Origin: Lepidodermella squamata
Lineage: Eukaryota > Animalia > Gastrotricha
DNA length: 64,000 bases
NCBI GenBank assembly: GCA_047495785.1
Contig: JBLDXI010000017.1
Location: 1,054,001 to 1,118,000, forward strand
Direction of reading: 5' to 3'
How positions within the stretch are numbered: the first letter of the stretch is position 1; each line of letters starts with the position of its first letter. The notes under the pieces were generated by a model. It was not told the origin of the DNA and made no database searches. It saw only the letters and a list, made by a program, of their open reading frames with translations. The position numbers were made by a program, and so were the translations under genes. Positions 25,204-39,750 of the stretch are shown piece by piece.

Positions 25204-27481
25204 GGCTGATTCCCATAAATTTATTTGCCCGTCACGCGACGCCTGTTAAGGTATGCTTTTAGAGTGAATTCAATCATTAATTTTGTTGATATCTCACTTG
25301 GTTCTCGTCCATTACAATGACTCGATAAATAACAAGTCAAATCTTCAGTACCTATAAAAGAATTCAAGAACAGTTAAGATGAAACAGTTGAGAACAAAAC
25401 GCAATGAATGACCTCGGGATATTTTAGCATAAAACCGAGCACATCCTCAAAGGCTTTTATTTCCAACTTCCAACTTCTTCAACAGCCCTTAAATATGGCT
25501 AATAACCCAAATGCTGTTAGATCTACATTGATTCTGTATTAAAAGTGTTAAAAGTGATCCAACGTGTGTTCATATCTGCATTTGATTACGGCCGATTCGG
25601 GGAAATAAACCATTGTAACTACTACTAGGTTTCAGATTAGCACGACGTTACAGCAAATTCGCGAGCTTCAAGGCTCGCTAAGGCTCACTAATAACTCTTA
25701 AGACTTTTGCAGTTCACGTAGAAATAACTGTATACGAATATTACAAGAAGAAATAGGTAGTCAAAGTAATATTTGACTTGAACATTTAGTTGGCAAAGCC
25801 AGGCGTGTCACAAGCGAGGTGATTTGCCCCAAACTAAACAAGGTGTGAGGTCTAACATCAGGATAGCTCAATTATAGAGGCGGCGATACGGGTTAATACC
25901 AGGCATGCATATCCCAGCATATCTCAGCATACCCAACTACGATTAATTGATTATCGATGACACCCCAGCTGAATTCAACCATGATCATGGCATCTGTAAG
26001 GACATATCAATCTTGAAGAATCAATTAAGTTTCAAAAGGTAGCTTCAATCGCGTTGCGTTAGCCCACTTTGAGGCCCAAGAATTGCTGTATTGCGACCAC
26101 CCAATGCTTCATTATTATAGGAAGGATGAAGCTAGGACCCTCCAACATATCTATACAAACGGATTGAGTACACGAAACACACCTGAAGTTGCTCCGAGGG
26201 TGTTCCAAAAACCATGTGTTGCAACGCCGTAACTAGGTAAAAAACTTTACATATATTATTTTGTTTGTCATTAAATGCAATGTTCATATTATTTTTAAAA
26301 AAAAACGAAAACGTTTTATAATATCACGTGACCAATCTGGATTTTCAAAAAAAGAGGGAAAAAAGGGAGGGGATACGTTCGTTCTGCAACAAGAATCTTG
26401 CAGGCGCGGTTCGCGGTTTGTTTGTCTAGAGCCCTTAAGTCATGATACCTGTTCTCCACGAAAATTAAATACGGATATGTCTGATTAGAACAACAATTGT
26501 CACCCATAACTCTGCCAAAATTGAACCCTTTGAGTATCTTTTGAGTGTTATGGCATATTTCAATAGCATTTTGGGTGGGCTGCTTACAGAGTTTCCTTCG
26601 AGAGTATCCTTCCCTAAAAGAATTTCACTGTTACTCGTTGAATAGATACCTTCTACTTTCATGTTTATCTACCCTCTACCCTTGCAAGAATTTGCTGTCG
26701 CAATAGTTACTTGTCAAACCCAGAACTCAACACTGTCTCTGATAGTAGATTTTCGGGAAAAAAAGCCCGCAAGCCCCGGGCGATTCTGATAGAGCATGTG
26801 TTTGCGTTATACATGTAGTCTTGGAGGAATGCTATATGCTATGTATGGCTTATTCCACCTGGACTTTTTCTAAAAAGAGCGTAATAGTTTCGATATGTAA
26901 TTTCGGTTCTTTTAATCATTTCCTTCATGTAGATTTCGAAAGCGCATGAAACCGAATGCATGCCGATTGCCGATTTGACATTCTCAGTTAGGGAAAACAA
27001 TTTCGGCTTTTGATATTGAAAAGCCCAAAGCCCTGATTGAGGGGAGTAGATCAGTTACTCCTGTTCATGAGCTATGCGAATTTTGATTATATAAGAGTAA
27101 TTTTCAATCGTGATTTAGGCTTACCAATTAGTAGCAATCTACTTTAATAGGTACTCCCAGCGTATTCAATGTTTATCTTCCGCTATTCGAATGGCTAACC
27201 TTTCCATCTCCTTGCAGAATTCGACTCCAGTTTTACACATAACCTCATTGATTCTGCCTCAATCCAGTTTCGCATAACATAATAAGCGTCTAATTTGTGA
27301 TAAGACTGAAAAGTGAAGCTTTTTCTTCCGCTTTACGCTATAATTTTTAATACTGCCCCTACACCCTCGCATGTTTGCCCTACTTCCTCTGTGCACTTCT
27401 TGTGTGATTCTCTTACGGCGGATGCCTTAATGATTGCATCCGTTGTTATACCCGTTATAATCTACTGACTTTTTTTAACAG

Positions 27482-28835
27482 CATAGTGAATCAACTTATG
27501 GGCGATTTAATGACCGCGGTTCCTTGCTCGTTCCACTGTTTACTGTCAATGGGAATACCATTTGCCATCCTGGTTTCTTTCGTCTTCTTCGCATATGTGG
27601 CGAAGCCTGAAAACACATTCAACGATTTGGTCAATTTGATTTGGAATTTTACGATTGCATGTGTCTTGTTGCCTTTAAATTTGATCGCTCTTCAATTCGA
27701 CGAAGCTCCCGAAGCTGACTTGTTTGTATGGTTTCCTATGAGCTTCATTGTTGCTGGCACGATAGAACCAAGGCAGCAAAAGATTAATGCTATTGCATAC
27801 GCTCATGTGATTTTGAGCGTAACATTCTCACTCTTATTGATTTATCTGCGATTTTTCCGTAGAAAATCAGCTTATCTCTTTGATATAGTGGCCAACTCTT
27901 GGTTTATCATTATCTCATGTATTTGGTTGCTTCTGGGGGCCCCTGTAGATGGTATTTCAGGCATTACGAATAAGCTGAACTCTTCTTGGATTGTTTTATC
28001 TTGCATATCTTTATTTGCGACTTTACTTAAGCTTTGAAATTTCAGTAGATTTTTTGTTTAATCGAGCGAAAGTTTTCAAGTAAAAATGCTGGCCGGGGTT
28101 CCAATTTCGCTGATTGCAGTTTACGGAAGCGCTTTGGTTTTTTCATTCCTCTATTTCGTTATTCTCCGCGTGCTGCGCAGGGGCAAAATCGGCTGTGGGA
28201 CGACTATCGTTGCCGTCGTGGCATTTCAAATGACCTACCTCATGTCAACGATGCAGACATACTTCATTTTCGGCGAGAAGCTGGACAAGAATGGTTCATA
28301 TGTCGAAAAGCCGTTCGATATCACTGACGTCCACGGGATTTTCAAAGACGCATCGGCTTATTCTCTGAGGCAATATGGCGAGAAAGCTGACTCTCGCATG
28401 TTTTTGGACGAATATCAGCCAACTTTGAAGGCATTATTCGGCTACGGAGCAGGTGTTATCGGCAGTTTTCTGAGTTTCTTGGTCTGCACGGGTCACCTGA
28501 CTTGCAACTCCTGCGTTTGGATCACTCAGACAATCCACGCCACCTGGTTGCTTGGCATTGTTTTCGCCTGGTACGCGCCAGAAATCCTCAGCGGCCAGAA
28601 ACATATTGTCGACCTGAACATGGTTCTCTACTGCCAAATTCCGTTGATTCTGTACTCTTTCCTGGCTATTCTGGGCGCATATTTCCGCGGTTGCAGATCT
28701 AGTGGACAGGCCTGCCCGGCGTACCCGGCGGCTCCGAAGCCTGTTCCTCAACTTATTCCGAGCACCTCAAAGCCTCAAGTTCAACAACAGCAGCAGCAGC
28801 AGCAGAAGCCGAAGGAAAAGGCGAAGAAGCATTAA
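27482..28835 (+). CDS. Uncharacterised multi-pass membrane protein; 5' end and the intron near 27950-28080 unresolved
   Basis: Two adjacent hydrophobic ORFs (27486-28037 and 28086-28835) each carry roughly five TM-like segments. There is an acceptor ttttaacag at 27481. The C-terminus is poly-Q followed by KPKEKAKKH. Confidence 0.6.
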
Positions 28836-31800
28836 ATCATTCGATGATGATGATGCGCGCTCTTTAAAATCCAATTGGGCATCTAAATTTTTCGAGTGCT
28901 GATTTTTTGCTGGTATTTTATCCTCATTTTAGTATCTGATTTTCCGTTGTGCCACACAACTTAACGCTTTAATTTACAATTTTAATCATTGTTATTACTC
29001 CTCAGTTTTGTTTTTGATCTCCTCCGTTTTGTGCCTCAATTATTATGTCTACGTCTACCTTGAAATGATTCATATCCCTGTGTTTTTTTTGACGTTTAAT
29101 AAAAGAAAAAACGAGCCCGTTGTGCAATATATTAACTCTCTTGCCAAATACTGCCTCCTTAATAATGACTAACGTTGTCGGTTGAAAGGTCATCAGTTCA
29201 ACTGTTTAAGTGTGCTACGCTAATACGCATGACTAATCACGCCCGTGTGCCATCATGACTTTTTGGCTTGGTTTTTTCATCTCTCTGTTTGTAACCAATA
29301 ATAACAAGAATAAACCACGACATAAACCGTATTTTCTCGTTTGTTTTTTACGAAATTAGATGATATAATATGTAACCTATAATCGATCGTCGTTATCGAG
29401 ATCTAAACAAGTCAACCCGGTGAATAAAAACTTGATTTGTTGGTTGTGATCGAGCGACGTGCGATTTTGTGGTCACGCACAGATGGATCAGTACTTCAGC
29501 CAAGAAACGGCGTATCGCCTTTTAGCCGGCCGACTGTTGGCAACGATGGTTCCGCAGATTGACACGAATGCGGCCTACGCCCACGATAGTCAAAAATATA
29601 ACGGTTTGTGCCGCATGAAACGAAAACAAATAATAATAATAATTAGAGGTTATGCTAAATGATGCGTGAGATAATGGGAGGTGCTAAATGGCGATTGATT
29701 CGTATCTTCTGCCAGTGATTGCTATCGCGCGTCATTTCCCACCGCGTGCTGTATTGTTTCCATGAGGAAATCGCGCAGGCGGCTGGCTGCTGATCGATTG
29801 ACTTTTTTAGCTTTACGCGCCCGCAAAAAACGAAGTTGGCCGCTGTATGTTTGCGTTTTTTATAAAGCCACATATATATTTTTGTATTCGTGGAGTTAAA
29901 TGGAAAAATCGATGCGCCGTTATTATACATACTGGAACAACTCGTTTTTTTCGCATTTGGCAAATACAAAAAACGCACATGAAATTTCGTATATATGTTT
30001 TTTCGTCATCGTCACGAGAGGGAGTGTGCAGGAGCGTTCGAAAACTCATTTATTTTATTTTTCCTTAAATCTACGTGTAATATTATTAATATAACATAAA
30101 TTATTGCCCCCAGCGATGTAATTTATAAAACGAGATTTCTGACTTTTTTCACCCCTATCACGGTTGAGTGAGCAGCGATTTTCGCTGTTTTTTCTCTCTT
30201 CATCTTTTTAAATATGCTCATCCACAATTTATACCCTGTGACTTGATGGCCTGTAGAAGCGGTGGGGCGTTGTAGAATTTAGGCGCTTGACACTAGTCCT
30301 GAGTTGGTTACTTTTTTGCTGATTGTCCTACGCTGATAATCCTTGAGATTAATGCGCTAGGTAATATTTTCAGCAACCACTCATCCGCGCAGACAAAAAA
30401 ATATATATAATATTATTCATTATTTAGCTCGAACAATTTCGCATTACCCGCGTGAGTTGAGGGAGGAGGGTGGATGGATGGATGGAGAAGCCGTGCGCAC
30501 ATGTGCTATTATCAATCACCCGCCAGCGTATTATTATTTAATGTACATACATGTTTTTTTCTCATCTGTTCGCTGTTAGAACAGGTGTGTAGCTGAAACT
30601 GATGAATGAATCGATAATATGTCAAGCATAAACATAGCCAGTAGTAGTGCGTTGTTGGTTCATCACCGCGTTGATCGCACCCGACCAGCCCTGCTACTAC
30701 GTATTTTTACGCTCGTTTTTCTCAATGGAAACTATGATACTTTTATCGTGTAGTAAGTAGTAAATGGCTACAGCGTCGCGTGGCTCGTAATTTTACTTAA
30801 GACCTATCTTTTGCTCACCCTAGGATATGACTAATAGGCAAAACGATTGTAATAAAACTTCTTATCGTCTACGAACACAAAAAAGCGGGGTAGCCCCCAC
30901 CCTATATGTTGGAACCGTTTTTTCTTCATATCGTGTGTAGTGCGTGGTGGTTGCATTCATGTTTTCTCAGCAGGTTTAATTTTTTCCTAGTGATGATGAT
31001 AAGATTATACGCGAAAAAGAGCACTTTATTGTTTCTTCACGTCTCGAGTATATGTGTGTTCCCCTCGACCCGCACTCATGTTTTTACTGCGATTTTTGTA
31101 GTAATGATGCTGATAATAAAAAACACCAGCAGAAAAAGTCGTCATTGGCCCGTTATGCCTGCTTTTTCCCGGGTATTGCCTTCCTTATCGCCGTTATTCA
31201 TGATGTTAATTATTTTATAGTCGAGGGCGTCTGGCTTCCTGTTTACTGTTCTCCATCCATGTAGTTTTTCTGGGGGCTTTTTCCCACTCACAGGGCCCCG
31301 ATTTCTTACCTAGATTTAACTACCAGTTGACGTATTTTTTCCTGGATTTAATTGATTCAGGTCAAATAGAAAAATTCCTCCTTAATATTTCATAAATTTT
31401 GAAATAGAATCCCATCGCTCTTAGTAACCCAATTTGAAGGGCTTAAATCAAGGTTTTAGTTGTTGAGATTATTAATTTACAAGTCCGTGCCGCTAGTTTG
31501 CGGTAGTTTTAATGGATAAATTTTTGGCTTGAATTCATGTTAATAACGGCAGAATTAATTGAAATTTAATTAGGTTGTAGAATCCCAAGAGTTGTTGAAT
31601 TAAACCGGCTTATGTTTTGAGCTTAATTGATATCTGTCTTAGTTCCAACGCATAAAGCTGTAATTTTGATACTTTCCGATTTAAATCCGCTCTTTATATC
31701 CGATTTCAAGTTGTATTACTGCGAAGCAGCGCAATCCGTGGGCGCATTTCGGGTTTATTCCGGAAATTCGTGCGTTTTGTTGAAAAATAGTCTTAAATAG

Positions 31801-34000
31801 GCTATTTGCAAGATTTTCTCTTGTATTGACCTTTTATTTGCTGTTAAATCAGAGCTAATTTACCGCTTTGTGCCTAGGAGAGATGTCGCCGTTATAGTAG
31901 ATTTTGTTTTGTTTACCTAAAGTGCACCGGTTATTGGTCTGAAGTATTTAAGCCTCTCGACTTCCGCTTTTCGGCGCCTTAATCCACTTGTTTGAAGCAT
32001 GCTCCGACTCTCGAGCCATCTTGACAGCTAGAAGTGTGGCGCCCTTTGATCGTGTTTCACCGTACCTATAAACAGATATTATATAGCCTCATTGTATCGC
32101 TAATAATGATATGCATGTGTGGTGCCCAGGGGGCGTAAAACGACTACAGCGACGATTCTACCTTGTATTTCGGTTACATTTACTCTGTTACAGACGTGTG
32201 GATACACTTGTCGAACAGCGTGTTTGCACTGTTTTGTGTACCCGGCGCGGTACTAGAGAGAATAGGCTACAGTCTCGTCACTCGTTTTGTTGTTTCGTAA
32301 CGCGAGAGACTGACAGCAATCACGTGTCCTGATATTAAGGTGGGTGGGTAGGGTGGTTACAAAGGTGCTAGGTTTGCTTGAACTTTTTGTAGTGCCGGGC
32401 AGTGTCCTCCCCTCGAAAGTGGCTACGCCTATCCGTGGCGAGCAAATAGTGACGCCTAACTAGCTCCTTGACACGTATCTCGACACGATGTAGGCACAGA
32501 AGATATAAAAGACACGGCTCATCATCATTATATTGACACCGGAATCGCTTGCCGAGCAAATGCGCGAATCGAGTTCCCATCGCGAGACCTCTCTAGGTGC
32601 ACTTTCTCACACCTTCAAATAGGTAGCGGACGTTTTTGAGAGGCGCCTAATCCTCGACTCGACCTTTCGTTACACACCACTATTCATTTCATCACATATT
32701 CTCTCGCTGTATAGGATTGACAGAGTCGTAATAATATATATTGTTTTATCAAGACCTCAAAACTGACCAAAAGTGGCTTCTAGTAGTTTCTAATAAAAAA
32801 TTTCCGTCTTGGGAGAAATCAAACAGCCGCAATGAACCATGTTTTCGACATATTACTGCGTGCGGCAACCATGGGTAGTCACGGTACGTTCAATTTTTAA
32901 TTTCTCACACCCCGTTTTAATTTTGTCGCGTAGTAGTATATCGTGGATCCATTCATAAATTTTCTCCGCTCAAGTCACGAGCAATTTTCTCTGATCGATT
33001 GAGATGAAAATATATTATTATATCACGGGTTCCATTCACGTATTATTAAGCGCAGGCGTATCTAATTAATTAAACCCGGCGAGAAGATTTCAAGTTCCGC
33101 TCTTTTTTCTCCGCATTAACGCTCTATCTCCCGAGCAAGGTGTCAGGTTTTATTTTCAATCGCGTCACAGCGCTGCGTATGTACGTATTTTTTGAAAAAT
33201 CAATGTGTTTTTGTCTTTTTGTCGAATTTTTGTTTCATCGCGCGCGCAAAGAGACACCTATAGAAGTTGTGAGCGCCAAGTATATTGTATTATCGCAATT
33301 TCGTGTGTATATTATGGCGCCAGTGTTGTAATTTTATATGCCAGCGTGCAAGCCCTCGGCAAAAGACCTCGCTCGCTCGCAAAAAATGACGACGATGACG
33401 ACGATATTATGCTAAAATGCGCGCGCGCACAGCCAATCGATATCGCTTCTTAGTTTTTTTCGTGTTTGAGTAGCTTTATTTTTTTACTCACTCTCGCTCG
33501 CTCGTTTTTTCTATGCGCCGTCGCTTTAGATCGACTACTGTTTAGTATATTTTTTATTATCTGTGGTTTTGACATCACAGATAGGCCATATTTTTTTATA
33601 AATTTTTTTCCCGTAGAGCTTAATCCAGCAAAACTAAGACATTTGTGCGTGTTGCGTCTAGCTGCCCTAATTCCACAGGTAGTTGAGTCACTTGGCCCGC
33701 TCTTATACCTATAAGCTCGGAAACAATTTTGATGAGCCATGCAAATTAAAACGCAACTATTTGTATGCCCACACACTCACTCTACTCTCTCTGGCTTTTG
33801 TTTGATCAGCTCTGATTAAATGTGGCCTGCCAGTCACCCTCTAAAATTCAAGTGCGCTCGTTATAAACTTGTTCCTGTTAAGAAAGTAAACTGCGCCCCC
33901 AACTGCGCGGGGTCAATTAGGAATGCGCGCGCGCGCCTGTCACGCTCTTTAACGTTATATTATTTATTAAGGCGGATTTTTGTGACGTGTGCGCGCAAAA

Positions 34001-37000
34001 ATGATTTTCGATCAGCAACACCATAACCTGTATTTGACGTCTTTGTTTTCGATGACATTAACAGGCTCGCCTGCCGATTATTCTCAACAAGTTTTTGGCT
34101 CATCGGCCAACACATCGGCGAATCACAATTCGAGCTATTCCAACTCGGCGCATAATAACTCGAGCAGCGGTGTTTTGCTGTTGAATAGCAGTCATGACTC
34201 TTCGACGTCGATCGGCAACAGCCCGGCGTCGGGTACCGATCACTCGGGCTCGTTCTCAGCCGGAACGCCTGGCAGCGTAGCAGGCATGATGAACACGAGT
34301 GGTGGCAACAATAATCATCAACGCTCGATTTCAAACTCTGGCCTCATGTTTTCGTCATCGGCAACGCCGCCCATTGCTGATATGATGTCTTCGAATGGCC
34401 AGCAACAGCAGCAACGGCGGGCTGGCAAACAAGGCGGCGGGGCGCAGTGTCCCGAATGCGATAAACGCTTCAATAATTCATCGGCTTTGGCTAAGCACAA
34501 GCTGATGTAAGTTACTCATTTTTAAATTTTTAAATTTTTAAAAAATTATGAAAAATTTCATTGTCTCCGATTTTTATTTAAATTCTGGTGAACAGTAGAA
34601 GGGCAATTTTCCAAAAAAAAATCGGACATTACTATCGATTTACACGTTTTATAGTGTCTCGTCGCGCATTTTTTCCGGAAAATTCTTTGCTTCCTTTGAT
34701 GCTTTTTTAAACTTTTTTTTCTTAATTTTAGACACAGTCAAGAAAGGCGTTACTCGTGCCCGAAGTGTGGTAAAGGCTTCAAGCGTCAGGATCATCTGTA
34801 AGTAGCTATTTCCTTGATGAAAAATTCTCGAAAAAATCTATCGATTTTTCTTGCTAGATCCGGTCACATGATGACGCACGAGGAGCAGAAGCCTTACAAG
34901 TGTTGGGTTGAAGGCTGCGATAAGTCTTACTGCGACTCGCGTTCATTAAGGCGGCACCTCGAAAACCACCACGGCCAACACATCGAATCGCCCTTCATCT
35001 GCCCACCCGAGTACTCGGCCTCAGTGCCGACGTCGATGACGAGCAACAAGCCTAGCAACATCGAATCAGCCGCCAGCCTTAAGGCGGATCAATTTTTCTC
35101 GTACGAAGACGATCGGATTCGGCAGCTGGCTGAGTTGAACAACAGCAGCCAGCCGACGCTGAACAGAATGCCGGACTGCGTGAGCCGGCAGCAACACTTC
35201 AGCCCGATCACCCCGGCGCCCACGAGCCCAGGGCGCCGCGCCACCCTAGCCTCGCAGTCGTCCCTCGCCAGTGACCGGCAGTCGACAAGTAGCGGTAACA
35301 ACATCACGATTGTCTCGTGTTCGATGTGTTCGAAAAAATTCCGCAGTCTCGCCTCGCTGAACGGGCACATGAGAATTCACGGACCGAGACGGTCGACGTT
35401 GAGCGGTGTGGTTAAGGAGGACGTTTCGTCGCACGACGGCCCTGCCTCGGTCGGTCACAGCCGGCCCGCCTCGCCTATGAATAACCTACGGCCAATGGTT
35501 ATGGAGGGCCTGCTTAGCACGGTTGATAAACTGCCCCTCGGCTCGACTTCGAGTGTTTTCACGCCCGGGCCGTTATCTGCGGCGCAACCCTCGCAAATGC
35601 TGGCTCATCGGCAGATTCAGAATGCGAATCAGGAGTTGATGAATCACCAGGCGAGTTTCAACAACCGCCAATCGATGGATTGCCAACAACAGCAACCGCA
35701 GCAACAGCAACAGCCGCCTGTTTTGCGGTTCCATCAACAACCACCCCTTCCATTAGCCACCGTACCCCAGCAGCAGCAGCAGCAGCAACCACAGCAGCAA
35801 CACTGCGGCCCGCTTGACCTTGCGTTCGGCAACTCCGGAAATTCGCTTAGCGCTGCGTCGCAACAGGTATAATTGAATTTTCGTGTGTCGTTGTTCCCAT
35901 TTCCGATAAATTTTGTCAAATCATTTGAGCGGAATAATTGATTTAGCCGCAGAAAACGCGTTAGTTGCAAGGAAATAATGCGAAGAAATTTGATATGCAA
36001 TGTCACGCCAAGGGGTTGAGCTAGGAAAATAAATTTCAAATCGTGTCTTAATTAGACATGTCTTTGTCAATTAGGAGTCCAACCGTAACCCTAGATCTTC
36101 GTTCGTTCCAGGGTTTTGATTTGACGAAATAAAGGCGCTGCCTGAAAGAATAGCTTCATTGCTATCCTTTCATGGGCCTTGCTTTTAGTGTAAACAAATT
36201 TTCAATCCTAGATTCGTCCAAAAATGTCAATTGACAAATATTCGGAAATTTCAAGATTGTCTGGAAAAAAATTTGCTCGATATTCAACTCAGAAGTTAAA
36301 AAAATTGAAAAATGAAAAAAACTGAGTTGATAGCTATTTCAAAATAATTGAGAATTTTCATTGAAAATTTGTAAGTATTTTTAATTTTGAGAAGTTTTTT
36401 TTTAATTTTGATATTATGGATTTTTAAGATAGATTTTTTAAATTCTCAAAATGCTTCAATTTTCCAATTTTTGTTCGATTTTCCTAACAGAATACGGATG
36501 ATTATCACATGGCGCCTTCGATGCCGTCGTACTCGCAGAGCCAGGCTGGTGGCAACCAGGGTGCCAACAACTCGACCGCCTCGCTCGCCCTCGCCATGAT
36601 GAAAGCCGCGCTGCCGAGCTCGTTCGCCGTCGACCGCGTCGACCCTCGCTCTGCCTGGCTGTCATCGCTCTACAACCCGGATACATCAAACGGCCCCATG
36701 TCGCTAATGGCCCAAATGTATCAGCAGCAGCAGCAGCAACAGCAACAGCAACAACCTAACAACCAAGTTGTTGTACCCCAACCGCCGATCTCATCGCAAT
36801 TCCAGGCGCAATGCCAGCAATCACAGCCGAAATTCACCGTGCCGCAATCGCCGGGCAGTTTCCTGAGGTCGAGATTCGGCGTGCAACCCCCGATGCCGCC
36901 GAGTTTCAACTCATCGACCTCCTGGACACCGTTCCCGAACCAACGCCAGCCGGCGCCGTTGATGAAAGACATCGGAACGAGCCCGTTCGTGACAATTCCG

Positions 37001-39750
37001 AAAGATCGGCAGGTCTTCTTCCCGCCGGACAGCGACGACCAAACGTCAGGGTGTCTATCGACCCAACCTCAGTGTTCACCATCGACACCCGGCACGATCA
37101 GCGTAGTCGGCGATCACCCGCCACTTAGCGCTGGCCCCCTCAGCGCTGGCTATATTAGCGTAGTTGGGACACCCCCGCAACGATCGCCGGCAATTATGTT
37201 CGGCACGCCGGGTTCGAGCAGCCACTCGGGCGGCGCGAATTCGTCATCGGCCGGCAGCGACACCCTGCCGCCGTGTCGCATGATGTCGTCGACTACGCCG
37301 TGCCCGCCCAGCCCGATTGCTATCAATACAAATACGAAGAGCAACGTGCAAATGGGGCTGTTGATGCCGGCGCCTAGTCCGCACAAACTGCCGGGCGGGC
37401 ATCACCACCGCATGCCGCCGCCTATCGACTTGCCACCCCCGCCACCGAGCTTCCGTGCTAGACCGAAATTTTTCACAATTCATGAAAATGACGAAAACAA
37501 CCATCATCATAATCAGGTTTGTGAAGAAAATTCCTCATTTTGCGGTTTTAAAATTTTCAAAAATTAAATTAAAAAAATCGAGAATTGAAATTTTAAAATT
37601 GAAAATGAAACATAAATTTGTAAACTATTTTTTCGAATTTTTTAAATTTTAAATTCGATTTTAATATTAATTTTGAAATTGTTAAATTTATAATGAAATA
37701 TGAATTTTGAATTTTTTTGAAGTTTCGATTAAGATTTTGAAATTTGAAATTTAATTTGTGAATTTTCTCAGGGCGTCGCACCTCAAAGCAGTAGTCATCA
37801 GGTGCCAGCCGGGCCGAACCAGGACAAAGAAGACCATTTGTCTGATCTGGACTCAAGCCCGGAACTCTTCGACCAGTCGGACTTCGACCCGCATATCTAC
37901 CTACGGTCTCCGCCGCAGACCGCCCCGCCGGTACTCTTCGCCGGCGGCAGTGAAATTGACGCGAAAAAGATGCGCCACTTCTCGTTCGACGACTGTGACG
38001 TCGATGCCGTGAAACAGCGCGATCTCGAGCGTGACCTGTGCACGCCGTCGCCACCGCCGCCGGAAGAACTGGCCGCGCGAGCTCAAGGCCCCCTCCCTTC
38101 CCCGGCCGCGGTTTTCAAATCACCACCGCCGTTTTTCTCGCGAAAACCCACCGAAAATTTGACCCCGGCCAAGATCGAACCAGCCGCCGCTGTCGTTGTG
38201 CCACCCCCGGTTTTAGTCACCCAGTCGTCGGAGTCGGTCAAGGTTGAAACAGCAGTGGCGACTACAACCACCCACTCTACGTCATCGGTTTCCTCCGAAC
38301 ATTCCATAACATCAGGGACGCGAAAATCGAGACCAAGACCGCCGCCGTTGCCGATTCTCGACTCGAACTACGGCCCGGTCTCGCAACTACGGGCGCATAT
38401 TGACGCGTTGGGTAGCGCCAACTCGTCGCTACAGTCGGCTGGTACGGTTTCATCAGCCGCCTCGTCTGCCAGTTCGTCGTTCGGACTGCATCACCAGCAG
38501 CAACAACAACAACAGCCGGCTGTGAAGCCTGAACCGGTCGTGCAGATAAAACCAGCTTCCACCTCGTTCATACCTCCGTACACGCCGCCGCCGATTCTCA
38601 GCCCGTTCCGCATGACGCCGGGCACGTTCTGGGCGTTGAAACAAGCCGATTCGGCTAACAACCTCGCTTCATCGTCCGCTTCTTCCGTTTTCTTCAACTC
38701 GAGTTACAACAACGGCGATGGAACGCCGCTGAGCGACCGCAGACCGCGCATCAACGTCGGCCACCAATTCCAGGCCGAAATTCCGCCCTACCGCCGGCCG
38801 TCGCTAGCCATGCGTGACACTGACCGGGACGAGTTGATTTTCAACCCGAATTGCCTGGCGAATATCTCGGACGACCACATACAGGCGTTGTGTGAGTTGG
38901 CGCGGTCTTCCGCTGCCGGTTCGCCGCATGGTTCCAACATCGAGCTAGTTATGCATCTGTTAAGCGCGACGAATGGTAACATCGAGAAGGTCACTCTGTT
39001 GCTACTTAACGCGGGTGGAAACGCGGAATTGCCGTCTTCGGTCGCGAACTATCGATACCAGGAGAACGCGGTTTGGTCTGCGGAAGAAATCCGCCTTTTC
39101 ATCTCAGTTGTTGGGCAGTTGAAGAAGGACTTCTGGCAAATCTCAAAAGTGGTAAGTAATTTTTCTATAAAATCGATAATTTTTTTTAATTTGATTTTTC
39201 CGATCAGATGCGAACGAAATCGGTGAAAGAGTGCATCGAATTTTACTATTTGTGGAAGCGATTGTTCTCCGAGCTGAGCGCACCGCCGGCCAATGCGCAG
39301 ACAGGCGAGCCGCCGGCGAAACGGCAATGCCTAGGCCCGGTTTCGGAGACGCCCGCGCCATCGACCACCTCGTTCCGCCTCGGTGCCGCTAACACCAGAA
39401 TGCCTCAACAGGCCGACGCTTCGCGGCAAAATATTCATTTCTGCGACTTTTGCCCCAAGTAATTTTTTTAAATTATTTTGAATTCAAATTTTAATAATTT
39501 TAATTTTAAGGAGGATTTTTGTAATTTTTTCATTTTATTTTTTTGCAGAGTGTTTGACAAAAAACGGGCGAAAAGTTTTCATATGAAGCTCTACCACCCG
39601 GCTGCGTCCGCAGCATCGACGCCGGCCAGCGTGGCCGCCTCGCTTTTGACCTCATCAGCCGCGGCGGGCAAGACAACGTCGACCTGCTGCCAGCTGATAT
39701 TCGCCCCTGTCTCTTCGCCGAATGTTCACACAGCGCAAGTCGCGCAATGA
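34001..39750 (+). CDS. ZNF541/TRERF1/MIDEAS-family C2H2 zinc finger + ELM2-SANT HDAC-complex scaffold; exons 34001-34506, 34732-34797, 34858-35866, 36491-37516, 37772-39151, 39208-39458, 39549-39750
   Basis: Triple finger [49 protein letters not shown]...CWVEGCDKSYCDSRSLRRHLENHH is ZNF541-type. CSMCSKKFRSLASLNGHMRIHG and PYTPPPILSP are family motifs. ELM2 is PRINVGHQFQAEIP and SANT is WSAEEIRLF...KDFWQISKVMRTKSVKECIEFYYLWK. A final finger is CDFCPKVF...HMKLYH. Confidence 0.93.
35683..35800 (+). repeat. CAG/CAA poly-Gln coding tracts (further tracts at 36722-36754, 38495-38515 and 28782-28805)
   Basis: Runs of cag/caa codons are directly visible. Confidence 0.85.
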
